Shown piece by piece: positions 1 through 13,460 of a stretch of 64,000 nucleotides of DNA. This DNA is from Phoronis australis (taxonomy: Eukaryota > Animalia > Phoronida), in the NCBI GenBank assembly GCA_002633005.1, contig NMRA01000239.1, positions 334,288 through 398,287 on the forward strand, in the 5' to 3' direction. The notes under the pieces are model-generated. The model searched no databases, had not been told where the DNA came from, and saw only the letters and a list, made by a program, of their open reading frames with translations. The translations under genes were made by a program, and so were the position numbers. Position 1 is the stretch's first letter, and every line of letters begins with the position of its first letter.

Positions 1-1662
1 CACAATAGGTTTTGCGAAAAGAAACCACTCGTTTTTTTCGGGGGGAGGGACTTTTGTAGGATCGACTTCTTAAAGTTGCTAGCTTTGACCAGAGCTATAG
101 GAAGGAAGGTCTTTGTTTTTGTGTTTTATTGGAAATCGCCGATTCTTACCGAGAGCTGGTAGTCAAAGTTAACTGAAATCGAGGCGGCGAACTCATCAGC
201 TGTTTCATTGCTGGTCGATGTGAAAATGGCCGACGCCAGCACTTTGTAATGAAAGCTGACGTGAAAAACATACAAGGGTTGATTTCCCGCGTGTACGTGA
301 GAAAAAGCGGCGAAGAGCAGTTATCTGTCTACAGACTAGAATCCAGTATTTGGGAACAAAATCGAGCGCTGGACTGCCGTGACAACCGATTGAAATACCT
401 CGGTGCTTCAAAAAAATAAAAATAAATAAAAAAATCAACTCGAATCGCTTCCGTCGGCGAAGGCAGTCAGCCTCAAACTTAAACAAAGTTCGCTTTCCTA
501 AATGGCCAAATCCGTTTTGAAAACTCGATAACCTGATACTGGAACTTCTGCAGAAGTGCAGGCTAAGTGAATTGCGAGTAAGGCGTTACATGAAGGTCAT
601 GTGATTCAATAGCCAGGGAAATCCATTTATGAACATAAGAGAACACTAGCATGTTGGGTTACGTATTAAATGAGAGAAATCAATTTGGGTTCATTGGCCT
701 TGCACATTTTTGCGAAATAAAAAGCAACAAAAACAGAATCACTTAAGAAACTGGAAGTAATTTCGATGGAAAAGCTCCAAACAACTGTGGAAATGTTATC
801 TCAAATGAAGTTCGCGTGACTGTTCAACTTTTGTATAACGTGCAAAAAGTGGTTTTAATTTTAATTTAAACCGTTTTAGTCGCCGAAATCGGGTCCAGCA
901 GCTTTAAAATTTATAACGATCAGCACAAGAACCAGGCTGAATGATTTCAGTTAATCAAATACAATTAGACACATTCGCTAAATGCGTACACCGTTTTCTT
1001 TATCGATTACGACAAAGGGAATGTTGGAATCATTCGAATGTGGTAAAACTCTGGCAGCCAGAGCAATTGACCTAGGAAATGTGAGTGAAAAATTGAAACA
1101 AATTAGCATAAAGAGTTGGTGAACACGCATAAACGACACACTTGTTATCAGTATTGAAATAAAAATTACAAAAAACGGACATGAGTGAATTTTGTTTTTC
1201 AAAACAGAAACTGTTTGGTAATCTTGACAAAGTCCGAGTTTCACAATGTCGTTTACAGGAATAAGTCGGTTGGTATGCTGAGTTATAATTTAGGGACGTT
1301 TATGATAAGCGGGGTGCAATCTTTTCTCGTATAGTCATGTATTCATGACAACGTCATGCTATAGGATGATGTGCCACGGAACTGATGCTTGTCTAGTGAT
1401 AAATTCAAACAGGCTGTCTGTTGTTACTGCCGGGTTAAATCACAGTTATGTGGCAATTTATTTATTTGTCCTTATAATTTTCAGTGATTGTGGCCCTGAT
1501 GGCGTGTGGCCCAGCTAGGGGACGTGCTCTAATAGTCTAATAGCCCTCTTGATAACACGGCCTTGAGAAGCAATACACTCGATATGTACGCTTCTGATGA
1601 ATTGGAACTACAAACATGCAAAATGAGGGTATTTTCAAATAGACGAATTTTTTTTATTTTCA

Positions 1663-2192
1663 GATGCATCTGCGAACTAAAGGGGACAGGTGGAATTTTA
1701 TTGCACAACTTTAATAATATCTCATCCTACGGGGTTTTTGAGGAAGCGACATCTTGTGGTAAACTTCGCCACCGCTGCCGAGACGAATGCGATGAAATCA
1801 TAGCGGATCTCCTCCAAGGTTCGAATAATTTGCCCTTCATGAGTTTCAATACTCCGAAAAACGAGGCATTTGGGCTCACGTTATGCGAAAACTATCATCG
1901 ACACGTACCTTCTAGTGCGCATGTATCATCACAAACAATGTCGAATTTGTCCATGCACTCGTTTTCCACGCTGAAGAATTGTGAACAGCCCGGACAAGAG
2001 CGCCGCCTGCGGCACAAAGTGGGAAAAGTGAAATTTCCCTACGCTCTTTGCTGCGGGCGGCAACTGGCTTTAAAAGATGGAGTCGTTAAGAAGGTGCACG
2101 TGTGGTACCCGAAATGTGAAAACGGACTATACGTTCAGAAGCCATCATCAACATCACACATAACGCAAACCGGTGGAGCGACAGACGAGTAA
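1663..2192 (+). mobile_element. Cys/His-rich ORF fragment, possibly a decayed DNA-transposon N-terminal zinc-binding region
   Basis: 209-aa ORF 1563-2192 with scattered C/H residues (LCENYHRH...CEQP...WYPKCEN); acceptor-like tttcag at ~1663; family not recognised with certainty. Confidence 0.25.
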
Positions 2193-3809
2193 GATGTTGT
2201 ACAACTACTATGATTTTGTAGTTTTTTCCGGATTTCTAATAGAGAAACTGACAATCCACAAAGCAATAGCTGAAGCAGAAGGTGGTTATTGGAATCTCAT
2301 TATGAGAGCTACACCTGCACTACCTTATTATGCAAACAAAATCAGTGCCGGGGTCTAATCTTTTAACTCGAAATCGAACTTGAAACTATCCTTAACATTT
2401 TCCGCTGTACAGAATAAACAAGTTTGCGTAGCCCTTGATATACTCAAGCACAGATCAATAAAGACATGTAATTATCTTGATATGGACGGCGCAGCACAGA
2501 AATGAGTAGGGGACTATAGCCCCCAGCCCCCTATGATGCGCCGCCCATGGAGTCCATGGAGACACCGAAATAAGTGTGGGGGGCTATAGCCCCCTATGGT
2601 GCGCCGCCCATGCTTGAGTCCGCGTAAAAGAAGAACGGAAAATATCACAAACATTTCGAAACAGTTCGATTTCGAGTAAAAGATTAGACCTTGGTTGCTG
2701 TTTAACATTCTTGAAGGCGCTAAGTACGTGTGCAAAGAGTTTTTATGCGCTAAAGTATTTCCAAGTTACGAGAAAACGGATGAAATTAGATTCAGGCCAT
2801 GAGAGCCCTGACTTCTTATGGCTTTAAGCTCAAAACCAGAAAGTGAAAAATGGCACGGTGGCCAGCACAGGAGTATGTCAAAGTACTTCTTTACTTGAAT
2901 TATTTTAGTAGACGCTTGGGTTGGCTTGTGCACAAATTTTACTGTAATTATAACATGTTTTTTGAAGTAAAGTTCATATTACTCGAGCTGTCAGAAAAAA
3001 TCATTTGGCGACGTAATCTGGCACTCAGATGAGACGTGACACTATGATAAAGATCGTCAAACAAATATTAGAATGGTATAAGCACATTTTATTAATAGCA
3101 TTGACAACTGATACTGGAAGTTATGAGCAAATATGGACGCAATTTAGTGGACCCAATTTCTGTGTTTCATGTTTGCACGAATTTTTGTTTTTATAATGAA
3201 TAAATTTGTTTAGAAAACATTGAGTAATATCATAGTGTAACCCTGGTTTCAGGTTACTGTCTGTGCATGCTCTGAACCAGTTAATCTGGCATGAGTAATG
3301 AGTCTTATTTAAACACCGTGGCTTATCCTACCTTCACGATGTACCTTTGGCAGTGTTTGTGATGCGTAAAGAACACTAGGATCCTGTATATAACCACACA
3401 CAAACCCTGTGCATCTGAAATCCGCTTGATAGGGTAGCTACTATGCGGCAAAGGGGAGTCTGCAACTGAAGGTGATCAGAGAGTATAACCCCCTCAATAA
3501 ATGACTTCGGTTCGGTGGCTGTTTCACAATTTACTAGTCCACGGTTTTGTCGACCATCTTGAATATTTAATTTGGTAGAGCCAACAAACCAATGCACGTG
3601 TATTTCCCTTGTAAGTGGTTGGGAGACCTGTTAAAACCACCATTTTACGAGTCACTTTGTGTGACTTGCCGTCTGGAAGAAACCCTTCAATATTCCTTCA
3701 TGTTGATGTTTTTGGAACTTCTTGGATGACGTCACAAGTCATCAGGTCAACACTATTGACAACAAAAACTATAGGAATTGTGTGCTCTGTCAAAATTGCT
3801 AACAAATTA

Positions 3810-4043
3810 ATTGAAGAAAGTTTGCCAAGATTTGATGCTGTTTTAACGGAAGAGCAGGACAAAAGATACGGTCCTCAGATGAAGTTTGAAGACGTGCATG
3901 AGGAATTCGTAAAGTCGAAGAAAAGTACGTGCGCCCAAAGGAAAACAAAATGTGATGCCATGACCTTTAGAATTGTAATTTATTCAGCTACAGTGCATAC
4001 TGCTCTTTCAAGTTTGATTGTTTCGCGTACATCGAAAAATTAA
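3810..4043 (+). mobile_element. Crypton-like (DUF3504/KCTD1-type tyrosine recombinase) N-terminal remnant
   Basis: Translation PRFDAVLTEE...EDVHEEFVKSKKSTCAQRKTKCDAMTF resembles the RF...EF..K.NT.RKT..D...F start of Crypton recombinases; no catalytic domain follows. Confidence 0.4.
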
Positions 4044-4661
4044 TGTTTGAAAGTTCTCTTTTTTACGTCGAGTAATATTACATTCAAGTTGTAGTCTTCT
4101 CAGACATTGAATATCAACTTGTTTGTATGGAGACCATTAACCTCTTTGTTTACGTGGATTTTTTTCCAAATCTACTTGTAGTGAGCGTGCTATGGCGTAG
4201 GGTAACGTGTGCGCTTGCAAATTCTGAAACCCAAGTTCAATTCCCTCGCAAGCCAAGTTAAGTATTTCCCGCTACAAATCGATATGTCATTCCGTGACAT
4301 AACTAAAAGGGTTATTAAATAGTCATATGTCTAGAAAAAAAACATTATAAGTGAGGGATGGTGAGTGTTATAATTCGCAAGCCTCATCTTGTTTTACTCT
4401 ACAACATGGCTCGTTGCGTATTCCGGCAAAATAGATTACGATAAATAGCTTGCGACTTCTTACTCCTAACTCACATTATTTTCACATTCACCCGAGCACT
4501 TTGCTTTCGCAGAAAAAAATACTGTTTCCATATTACGGTATGCAAAAACGCCACATTAACGCAAGTTTAAACTATTTAGGTATGACAAAGAGTTGTTTTA
4601 ACATCTTTTTAAAAAAGTTAAATTAATCGACATCAAATGCCACGAAATGAAATTTACAGGA

Positions 4662-6321
4662 ACGCAATTAGGGACGCTCACGTGAACTGCGGGTGACGCA
4701 AACGCGATCTGAGATTACAGGAACCAAGCCGACGAACAAACTAGAAGTCGGCACGTTCAGAGGCATTGAGCAACGGATTTTCGGAAAACCCGAGTCACAC
4801 ACTAAGCCCAACTTGGACTAGTCTCGCTCACCAGCAGGGACAGCGAAGGTTGTCAAAGCAACAGAATTGTGGTTATCCATTTTCACTCTGGTATTTCTGA
4901 AGTTATTTTAGTCGTCATAATTTGGTTACGCCAATTGTTATACATGTAGGCTTACATGTACAGGATCGTGTTGGGAAAAGCGGGGACCCGCCGGGGCACA
5001 CAGTACATTTACGAAGCAACCCAGCACTGAGCGCTTTAGGCTTCATGCTGGTTCCAAGCACGTGTATAGCCAATATAGGCCTAAAGGTCAATTGTTATTG
5101 AGAGAGAGGCTACTTGGTACAGATCCTGTCAAATGTAAACCAGAGAAATCCCCGGTGGCAGAGCAAATGGTCTAAAATGGCGGACTTGATAATAAATTTG
5201 TGTCATACGTGGATATTGCCGGCTGTTTAGACACAGGAACTTTGAGTAAAGACAACAAAAATGCAGCAAAAGAAAACCAAATAAATTCTTATTTGATCTG
5301 AACTGAAACCAACCGAAACTGATCAACTTCTAAGAAACAGTCAAGTAAATTACAAAAAGGTGAAAATAGGATATCATATTGAAAAAAATCGTGTGGTGAC
5401 GCGTGACTTCCGGGTGTGACGTAGGATTTGCTGTAGGCAAAATTTTCTACAATTCACGGATTTTCGATTTTTGTTTTACAAATAAGAAAAAGGGTAGTAA
5501 ACAAAAATCGGATTTTCGATTTTCAATTTCCATTCTGAGAATGTTATGAAGAAAAATATGATTTTTAATTTTTTTGCTATGAGGCAGCAATGACCACAAC
5601 ACGGTATTTGGGCATGCGTCACGTTCGGGCCCATCCGCGACACCATGTTATATTCATAATCTCAAATTATGCCTCGGAGTCGGTATTTAACGTCTACGCT
5701 TACGCATTGTGCGAACTTCAATGCACACGCGAGTCTACGGTTTCCGATCCGCCATCTTGCTGGATACAAAGATGAACCAATTCTCGTGCGTTTCCCACGT
5801 AAGTGAACCGGAAAGACCTGTTTAAACCCATATTTTTAAGGATATCGACCTAATTTGTCAAAAGGTTGTTAGTATGCCATTCCCAAATAGGGTGACGAAT
5901 GAAACAAGTGTCAGGACACTAGGAGGTCACGTGGCTGTCAAAATGGAGATTAACATAGCCTAGAATTCGAGCTGGTATTTTCTGTTGGCGACAACAAGAT
6001 TAACACGAGTGACTATAAGTTCCGTAATGGTTTTCTAACTATGAACGAAAAGCATGAAAAATGGTTATTGACATCGAAAATGTGAAAAGCAGATGAAAAG
6101 ATATAAGTTAGATGTGGAATCTAAATGTTTGATTCGTAGCGTTGTGTATTATCATGCTCCTATCCCGCCTGCCCGTGACTTCATATATCACTTTCACATA
6201 GCGGCCTGGTGAACACAGTACACAATCTCGTTTACAGTTATCCGTCAGCAGCGGCTGCATTATAAGCTGGATGGTTTGCATTGATAGCATTTCATGACGT
6301 TTTAAATAATGAATAGCCACT
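4662..6321. repeat. First copy of ~1.66-kb direct duplication
   Basis: acgcaattagggacgctc...gaatagccact is repeated at 6323-7996 with only scattered SNPs and small indels. Confidence 0.95.
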
Positions 6322-6322
6322 N

Positions 6323-7996
6323 ACGCAATTAGGGACGCTCACGTGAACTGCGGGTGACGCAAACGCGATCTGAGATTACAGGAACCAAGCCGACGAACAA
6401 ACTAGAAGTCGGCACGTTCAGAGGCATTGAGCAACGAATTTTCGGAAAACCCGAGTCACACACTAAGCCCAACTTGGACTAGTCTCGTTCACCAACAGGG
6501 ACAGCGAAGGTTGTCAAAGCAACAGAATTGTGGTTATCCATTTTCACTCTGGTATTTCTGAAGTTATTTTAGTCGTCATAATTTGGTTATGCCAATTGTT
6601 ATACATGTAGGCTTACATGTACAGGATCGTGTTGGGAAAAGCGGGGACCCACCGGGGCACACAGTACATTTACGAAGCAACTCAACACTGAGCGCTTTAG
6701 GCTTCATGCTGGTTCCAAGCACGTGAATAGCCAATGTAGGCCTAAAGGTCAATTGTTATTGAGAGAGAGGCTACTTGGTACAGATTCTGTCAAATGTAAA
6801 TCAAAGAAATCCCCGGTGGCAGAGCAAATGGTCTAAAATGGCGGGCTTGATAATAAATTTGTGTCATCATAACGTGGATATTGCCGGCTGTTTGGACACA
6901 GCAACTTTGAGTAAAGACAACAAAAATGCAGCAAAAGAAAGCCAAATAAATTCTTATTTTATCTGAACTGAAACTAACTGAAACTGACCAACTTCTAAGA
7001 AACAGTCAAGTAAATTACGAAAAGGTGAAAATAGGATATCATATTGAAAAAAAAAATCGTGTGGTGACGCGTGACTTCCGGGTGTGACGTAGGATTTGCT
7101 GTCGGCAAAATTTTTTACAATTCACGGATTTTCGATTTTTGTTTTACAAATAAGAAAAAGGGTAGTAAACAAAAATCGGATTTTCGATTTTCAATTTCCA
7201 TACTGAGAATGTTATGAAGAAAAATATGATGTTTAATTTTTTTGCTATGAGGCAGCAATGACCACAACACGGTATTTGGGCATGCGTCACGCTCGGGCCC
7301 ATCCGCGACACCATGTTATATTCATAATCTCAAATTATGCCTCGGAGTCGGTATTTAACGTCTACGCTTACGCATTGTGCGAACTTCAATGCACACGCGA
7401 GTCTACGGTTTCCGATCCGCCATCTTGCTGGATACAAAGATAAACAAACCAATTCTCGTGCGTTTCCCACGTAAGTGAACGGGAAAGACCTGTTTAAACC
7501 CATATTTTTAAGGATATCGACCTAATTTGTCAAAAGGTTGTTAGTATGCCATTCCCAAATAGGGTGACGAATGAAACAAGTGTCAGGACACTAGGAGGTC
7601 ACGTGGCTGTCAAAATGGAGATTAACATAGCCTAGAATTCGAGCTGGTATTTTCTGTTGGCGACAACAAGATTAACACGACTGAATATAAGTTCCGTAAT
7701 GGTTTTCTAACTATGAATGAAAAGCACGAAAAACGGTTATTGACATCGAAAATGTGAAAAGCAGATGAAAAGATATAAGTTAGATGTGGAATCTAAATGT
7801 TTGATTCGTAGCGTTGTGTATTATCATGGTGCTCCTATCCCGCCTGCCCGTGACTTCATATATCACTTTCACATAGCGGCCTGGTGAACACAGTACACAA
7901 TCTCGTTTACAGTTATCCGTCAGCAGCGGCTGCATTATAAGCTGGATGGTTTGCATTGATAGCATTTCATGACGTTTTAAATAATGAATAGCCACT
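6323..7996. repeat. Second copy of ~1.66-kb direct duplication (probably an allelic haplotype)
   Basis: Starts immediately after a single N at 6322; near-identical to 4662-6321. Confidence 0.95.
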
Positions 7997-10332
7997 TTCA
8001 TGACAACGTATATTTTGACGACACTAAACTACTGATACACGCCTAGAGACAAATTCAAAAGACTATCTGGCTGATGTTTCTAGTATAACTTTCCATTATG
8101 TGACAATAGTACTGAAGAGTTTCAAGTTTAGCTTAATTTATTGATAATTGTTTGGGGAGTGTGTGGCCCCAAAAATCGCGGGCCCCCTGATAGCTCGGGG
8201 CCAAGGGCACGTGCCCTAATTGTCTTATGGTTAACACGACCCTGTACATGATGAGAATCAAAATCACTAGGTGAACAGTTTTGCCCTCTGACGACCCACA
8301 CGGACATTCTCAACAACCTTTTTTATACGAGCTGACGCCCGGAAAATGACTCGGTGACAAATAGCTTGTGACATGCGTAGGTGCTCGCAAACCAATTAAA
8401 GTATCCGGAGCCACTTTTCGAAAACTCTTACGTCACGTTATCGCAAACAGCTGTGCCTCGGCAACGTTTTAGTAGCGTGTAGGAGGACCCATCAATGCGA
8501 AAACACTACCCTGGACAAAAAAGAACTATAGACGCGGGTTGTAACATTTATGTGCTCAGGAAAAACGCATTTGGGTGGACCGAGCAACTGTCCACAACGT
8601 CTGACTATTCCGATTTCCGTCGGCAGACGGTTAAAACTGACGTCGTCACCGAGATGCTAACCAGCCAGTTCACAAGCTTACACACAGTGACGATTGGGCG
8701 TCAACTTTGTCCCTGTGATGGTACACATGGTACCTTTATTCTCGTATTCGTTACAATTTCATTAACTGTTTAGTCCGCTGACTTCTGAGACACCAGAATC
8801 ATTGAAAATGGAAGTCACAAATCTCTGTTGCTTGACAACTATTGATGACGGAGGTAAGTCAACGTTATGTTGTCGATGGTTTATATATCCAAAACCCGGG
8901 CCTGAACCACATAAAGGTTTTAAAATCGGGGTCATTTCATTTTGGACACTACTGTAGCAGATTTAGATTCAACGCAATGAAAATTCTTGAAACCAACTTT
9001 TCACTTAGTTTCCTTACCATTTCTGCCGAAGAGCTTGTGGAAGGATTCCGGCGATCGATAGGTGGGGGTAGAGCATCACTACAGGGGTGAACTGCGTACC
9101 GGTACTGTAGAAAGTTGTGTGGGGCGAGGCGGAGGGGAACTTTTGTCTCGAGAATGGTTTATAGAGAATAAACCGAAACGTCGATCAATATGTCGTTGTT
9201 TACATATGTGCTGATTTCATAGTTCGTACTGGCATATTTTGGCCAAAAACAAATATGAGTGGTTAACTGATGAGAGTGAAATGGTGGAAAGGTAATTGCT
9301 AGCATTACTGTCTCAACAATGGTTGTAATTGTTAGTACCCCCATTTCGGTTTTCTCTGACATTTGCAGAGTTATAGCCTGCAACTCTAAAAAGGTTAACT
9401 TGTGTTTATCTTCACAAAGGGCCACTTCCTAAAGGAACGATAAGTTTCATATTGGTTTTCTTTATTTAATTTTTAATGCTTCTGCCCACTTGTTTTTTGT
9501 TTTTCTTACCGGGAACGAGTTGATAACTTTCTATCTAAGTTTTAAACTTGAAGTACCAAAACAGTGGTAAATTTTGATCGCCAGCAAAACTTATTAGTTA
9601 AGTTCATTGTGAGCCCATCCCTAAACTTACCACATTACAGGTACACTAAACATTTCATGTGTCATTAAAGTTTAATCTTTATTAGAACTTAAATCATAAA
9701 ATATATACAAAAGTGGAAAAATGGTGATAACCAAACTGAAGATTTGGAATCTCTGGACAATTTCGGTGGCATTGACTATATAGCTATTCTATTTTTTGTC
9801 AGTAATAAAAATGAAAAGTGGGCACAGCAACTGTTTCCTGGTAAAAAATCTGGTTAAACGAGATTGAAAGAATATTAAAAAATGAATCCATGTGATGTTG
9901 CTAACTCTGATCAGTGTTTGTATATCCACCGAGTATATCAATACTCGCGGTATTTTACCTTCAATCGTACACAATGGTTGTAGTTTTTAGATTATTAGTT
10001 CATCGATTTTTAAAAATCTAAAATAGTACTTGGCTGTTTTTTTTTCAGCTGAATACAGCCGTGGTGTTCGTTGATAACGAAAGTTAGGGGTTAATGCATT
10101 TTGAAAATTCGCCATTATGTACAGTCAGAGATGTTTACTACAGTTTATGGTCGGATAATAACATTTAATTGGGTCTTGCTCGCATAAGGCATATGAGGTC
10201 ATCACAATTGTACCTGATTCCGGCGCCGCGCTCTCTTTGATCCTGTTACAAGCCGCTCAGAAGGACGAGCGGTGAAAATTCCCGCATATCTGTAGAAATG
10301 CACAACTTCCTTGTAAGCATATTATTCATGGT

Positions 10333-10390
10333 ATGGTGGTGGTGTTGGTGGTGGCAGGTGGTAGGAGTGGTGGCCGGGTGGTGGTGGTAG
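10333..10390. repeat. (GGT)n degenerate microsatellite
   Basis: tggtggtggtgttggtggtggcaggtggtagg...gtggtggtagg. Confidence 0.8.
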
Positions 10391-12923
10391 GCTATATCAT
10401 GTTGATAACACTCATGTCAGGCAACACCGTACGAGTTCCGAGGTGGTTGTTTTTAATTTGAACGCCAGCATGCGAATTATACCCACTCACCAACCACTAA
10501 CGTACAGTATTACATGTTGCCGGTGGTATTGAAGTAAGAGAGGGTTAACTACAGTTTGAGCAACTGCCCGCTCGTCAACACACACGAATACGCGAGGGTT
10601 CGAATTTCTAAACGGTGTCCGGACCTTTTGATAATATTTCATAATTCGACTTAGGTTCACGGCCGACTACAGTGAGCGATGTATTCAGCAACGAGAGACA
10701 ACGCAACAGTGCATGCAACTCGATGTACTTTTAGTACTTCGCGCACTGAAACGACGATATGCAGGCATCAGGGCACTGGCTCTAACCTTGGTATTCGAAA
10801 TCGAACTTGGATTGGGATTTTTATTCTATTGTTGTGTAAACTCAAGATGAGTGTCTATTAATATACAGCGGAACATTCGTGCCAACAAAAAACATCGTCG
10901 ATTATCTCCTTATAACGAGAGAGCACTGAGGTTATTAGTAAGCTTTTGTATTAATTGTTGATTTATTTTTCTGAAGGAAGTGAAATGCCATGTACTTGGT
11001 TTTGGGCCTACATTTAATGACTGTTTCTTGATGCATCGTCTTCAGACTCGTCCCCAAGCCTCAACAAAGTGCTGGTCGGTTTTAGTCATTTGAGATTTGG
11101 AGATATCTTCTGCGCGCTGATTACTGAGGCCTTCACCACTGACAAGAACGACACAAGAACAGCTAGTCGGCTCAAACACTTGCTAGTTCTTGAATTCGTG
11201 TATAATCACTTCTTTGATATTATAAATTTGAATATTTTCCAGAAACTAATTCAAATCCGAAGGTATATTTCAACTATTTTCACAGGCGTTGTTATTGCTA
11301 CCAGATCGTGATTCATTCGGAAGCATTCGTTATTGTTTGAATGGTGCTCACGTAGGCTACGTATTGTCGGCATATATTCATGGCAGCATGGAAATCATTT
11401 TGTTTATTGGAATCAAAATTGACTTAAATTGCTGCATAATTACCGTTAGTTTTGATTAGTGTGTTGTACTACCGCAAATTTCAAGGTTGATAAGACTTTC
11501 CTGACGGAATCACAGGCAAGTAAACAGCTTTGTTCCCAATCCTCAAGGTAGCGTTGATCGGTTTAGACTCGCTTTTGGCTTCCCAGGCAGGGTGAACTGA
11601 TCGAGGGAAAGCAGCTTTATTTCTTTTCTACAACAAAACCACAAATGAAATAAAATTGGCAGTTTTCAACACAAAACCAGTACTCGCATGTAACTCTTAG
11701 GCACTAGCTAGCAGACAAAACGCACTTAGAATACCAAAACACTCCAGACTGGAAAAATTGGGAAGACAATAGCGGGTGTCGATCCTACTGTTTTTTTGCT
11801 AACCTGAAAAGTCTGAGGCGGGTACCTAGTAATCATTTCCAGCTAATGAAAAGTTACCTTGCCGGGACTTACGAACAGAATGACACGGATGCACTGATAA
11901 AAATAGGTCAAAAGGGTAACATACAGCATTTTTTCAAACAAATGCCATTCCGAAGCTACCACACTTGAGCCTCTCAAAATATCCAGCCGGCAATCCAGAA
12001 GGGGCGGGTGGGGGGAGGGTCGAGGGGAGAATTCGACTATGGCCACTTCGAGGCTTAATGGTGAGGAAAAATTTATTGCCAGAATTCTGACTTACTATTT
12101 TTAGGGAAATCGACTGAATTTTTATGAGCAATATAAAGTTATATCAACTTTTGAAATGTGCTGTAGTATGAAAACTAACGGTGGCTATCATGCAGCAATT
12201 TAGATCTCAGTAGATTACTGCAAAAATGGTTGTATTTTGATTTATGAACATAACAATGTCTATGGTACCATGAATATAACAGAATTGACTGTAAGCCTTT
12301 AGTTAACAATAACGAAAACTTTGTCTTCAATCTTAATAAAAACAACGATGCATTTAACCGGCTTGATATGTTTCTGCGTTTGTTATAACACCCGATCATC
12401 AGAAGAAAAACTTGTGTCCACCTTGCTAGGCCCAACAACAAGTAATAATACTCAGACACAGTCAGTTACAGGGGAGTAACAATAGACTAAGAATGAGAAC
12501 CTGTGGTGTCAGTGCCAATCCGAGTCTTGAGACTGGGCTTACCCTGATGCGCGCAACCAGCCTCATTGGGAGGCTCGAATTTCTCGACATGGGAACAAAA
12601 ATCCGAGTCATCGAGGACTAAAAAAAACAAAGAAAAAACGGAGCCACTAGCCGGTTCAGGCTTACGAATTGTGCATCCGCGCCAATTTTCTGTCAGTGCC
12701 CTTTGTGGACTTTTTTGTAGTAGTACTCGGACTCTTTTTTTCGCTAAGGCGGACCTTTTTGCCCGATTCGCCGAAATTGGGGGAGGGGGTGGCTCATACT
12801 CACTAATTGATGTCAAGTGTAGAGCCTCACGAATTTTCAGCTCCATAAAGTTTGTTTTTATTAACATATGCTGCTACTTGCTATGGTATCAGAGATTGTC
12901 TTCAATCTGCTCAGTTCCGAATC

Positions 12924-12992
12924 NNNNNNNNNNNNNNNNNNNNNNNNNNNNNNNNNNNNNNNNNNNNNNNNNNNNNNNNNNNNNNNNNNNNN
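12924..12992. other. Assembly gap
   Basis: Run of N. Confidence 1.
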
Positions 12993-13395
12993 TGTTGCCT
13001 CGGGGAATTGGGCAAAGCGCGATTGCATTTGCACGGGCGGCCTGAAACTTGCGGGGGCTGGGGTCGGGACCCGGGGCATTGTTCACTGGAGAAAATCTAT
13101 CGGTGGGCACAATCAGTCCGCTGGGGTTTGAGCCCCACCCGGCCTCAGCTCATCCGCGCTACCGCGGTTCTAGTTGCGCAATATTTCCCGCGCTTCACGC
13201 TGTTGCTGTTTCATTTTGCTTGCGGCAGCAATTAAGGGGGGGAGGGGCTAAATCCGCCTAGCTAATGCATGCTTTCGGCCGATCATGTCAAAAAAGTGAG
13301 GACAAGACTGATATTCAAGAGCTGGTATTTAAGTATTAACTGAGATTCAAGTGTTTGAAAGTTTCTTGTGTCCAATCGCTCTTGTCAGTGGTGAA

Positions 13396-13460
13396 CCATG
13401 GGCGGCGAGGGGGCCTGGGGGGCTATAGCCCCACTTTTTTCAGTGCTGCGCCGCCCATGG
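13396..13460. mobile_element. Small MITE-like element with ccatgggcggcg / cgccgcccatgg inverted ends; related copies at ~2508-2615
   Basis: Terminal inverted repeat and internal ggggctatagcccc palindrome; same motifs occur twice at 2508-2615. Confidence 0.65.

Noticed and set aside
5590-7443. Identical 61-aa ORFs at 5590 and 7258
   Set aside because: Identity simply reflects the 1.66-kb duplication; no splice or domain support
11025-12480. Possible small minus-strand exons (acceptors near 11139 and 11893)
   Set aside because: Could not assemble a coherent reading frame or a recognisable product
12487-13261. Cluster of overlapping ORFs around the gap
   Set aside because: Inflated by N runs and GC-rich MITE-like sequence; no protein motifs
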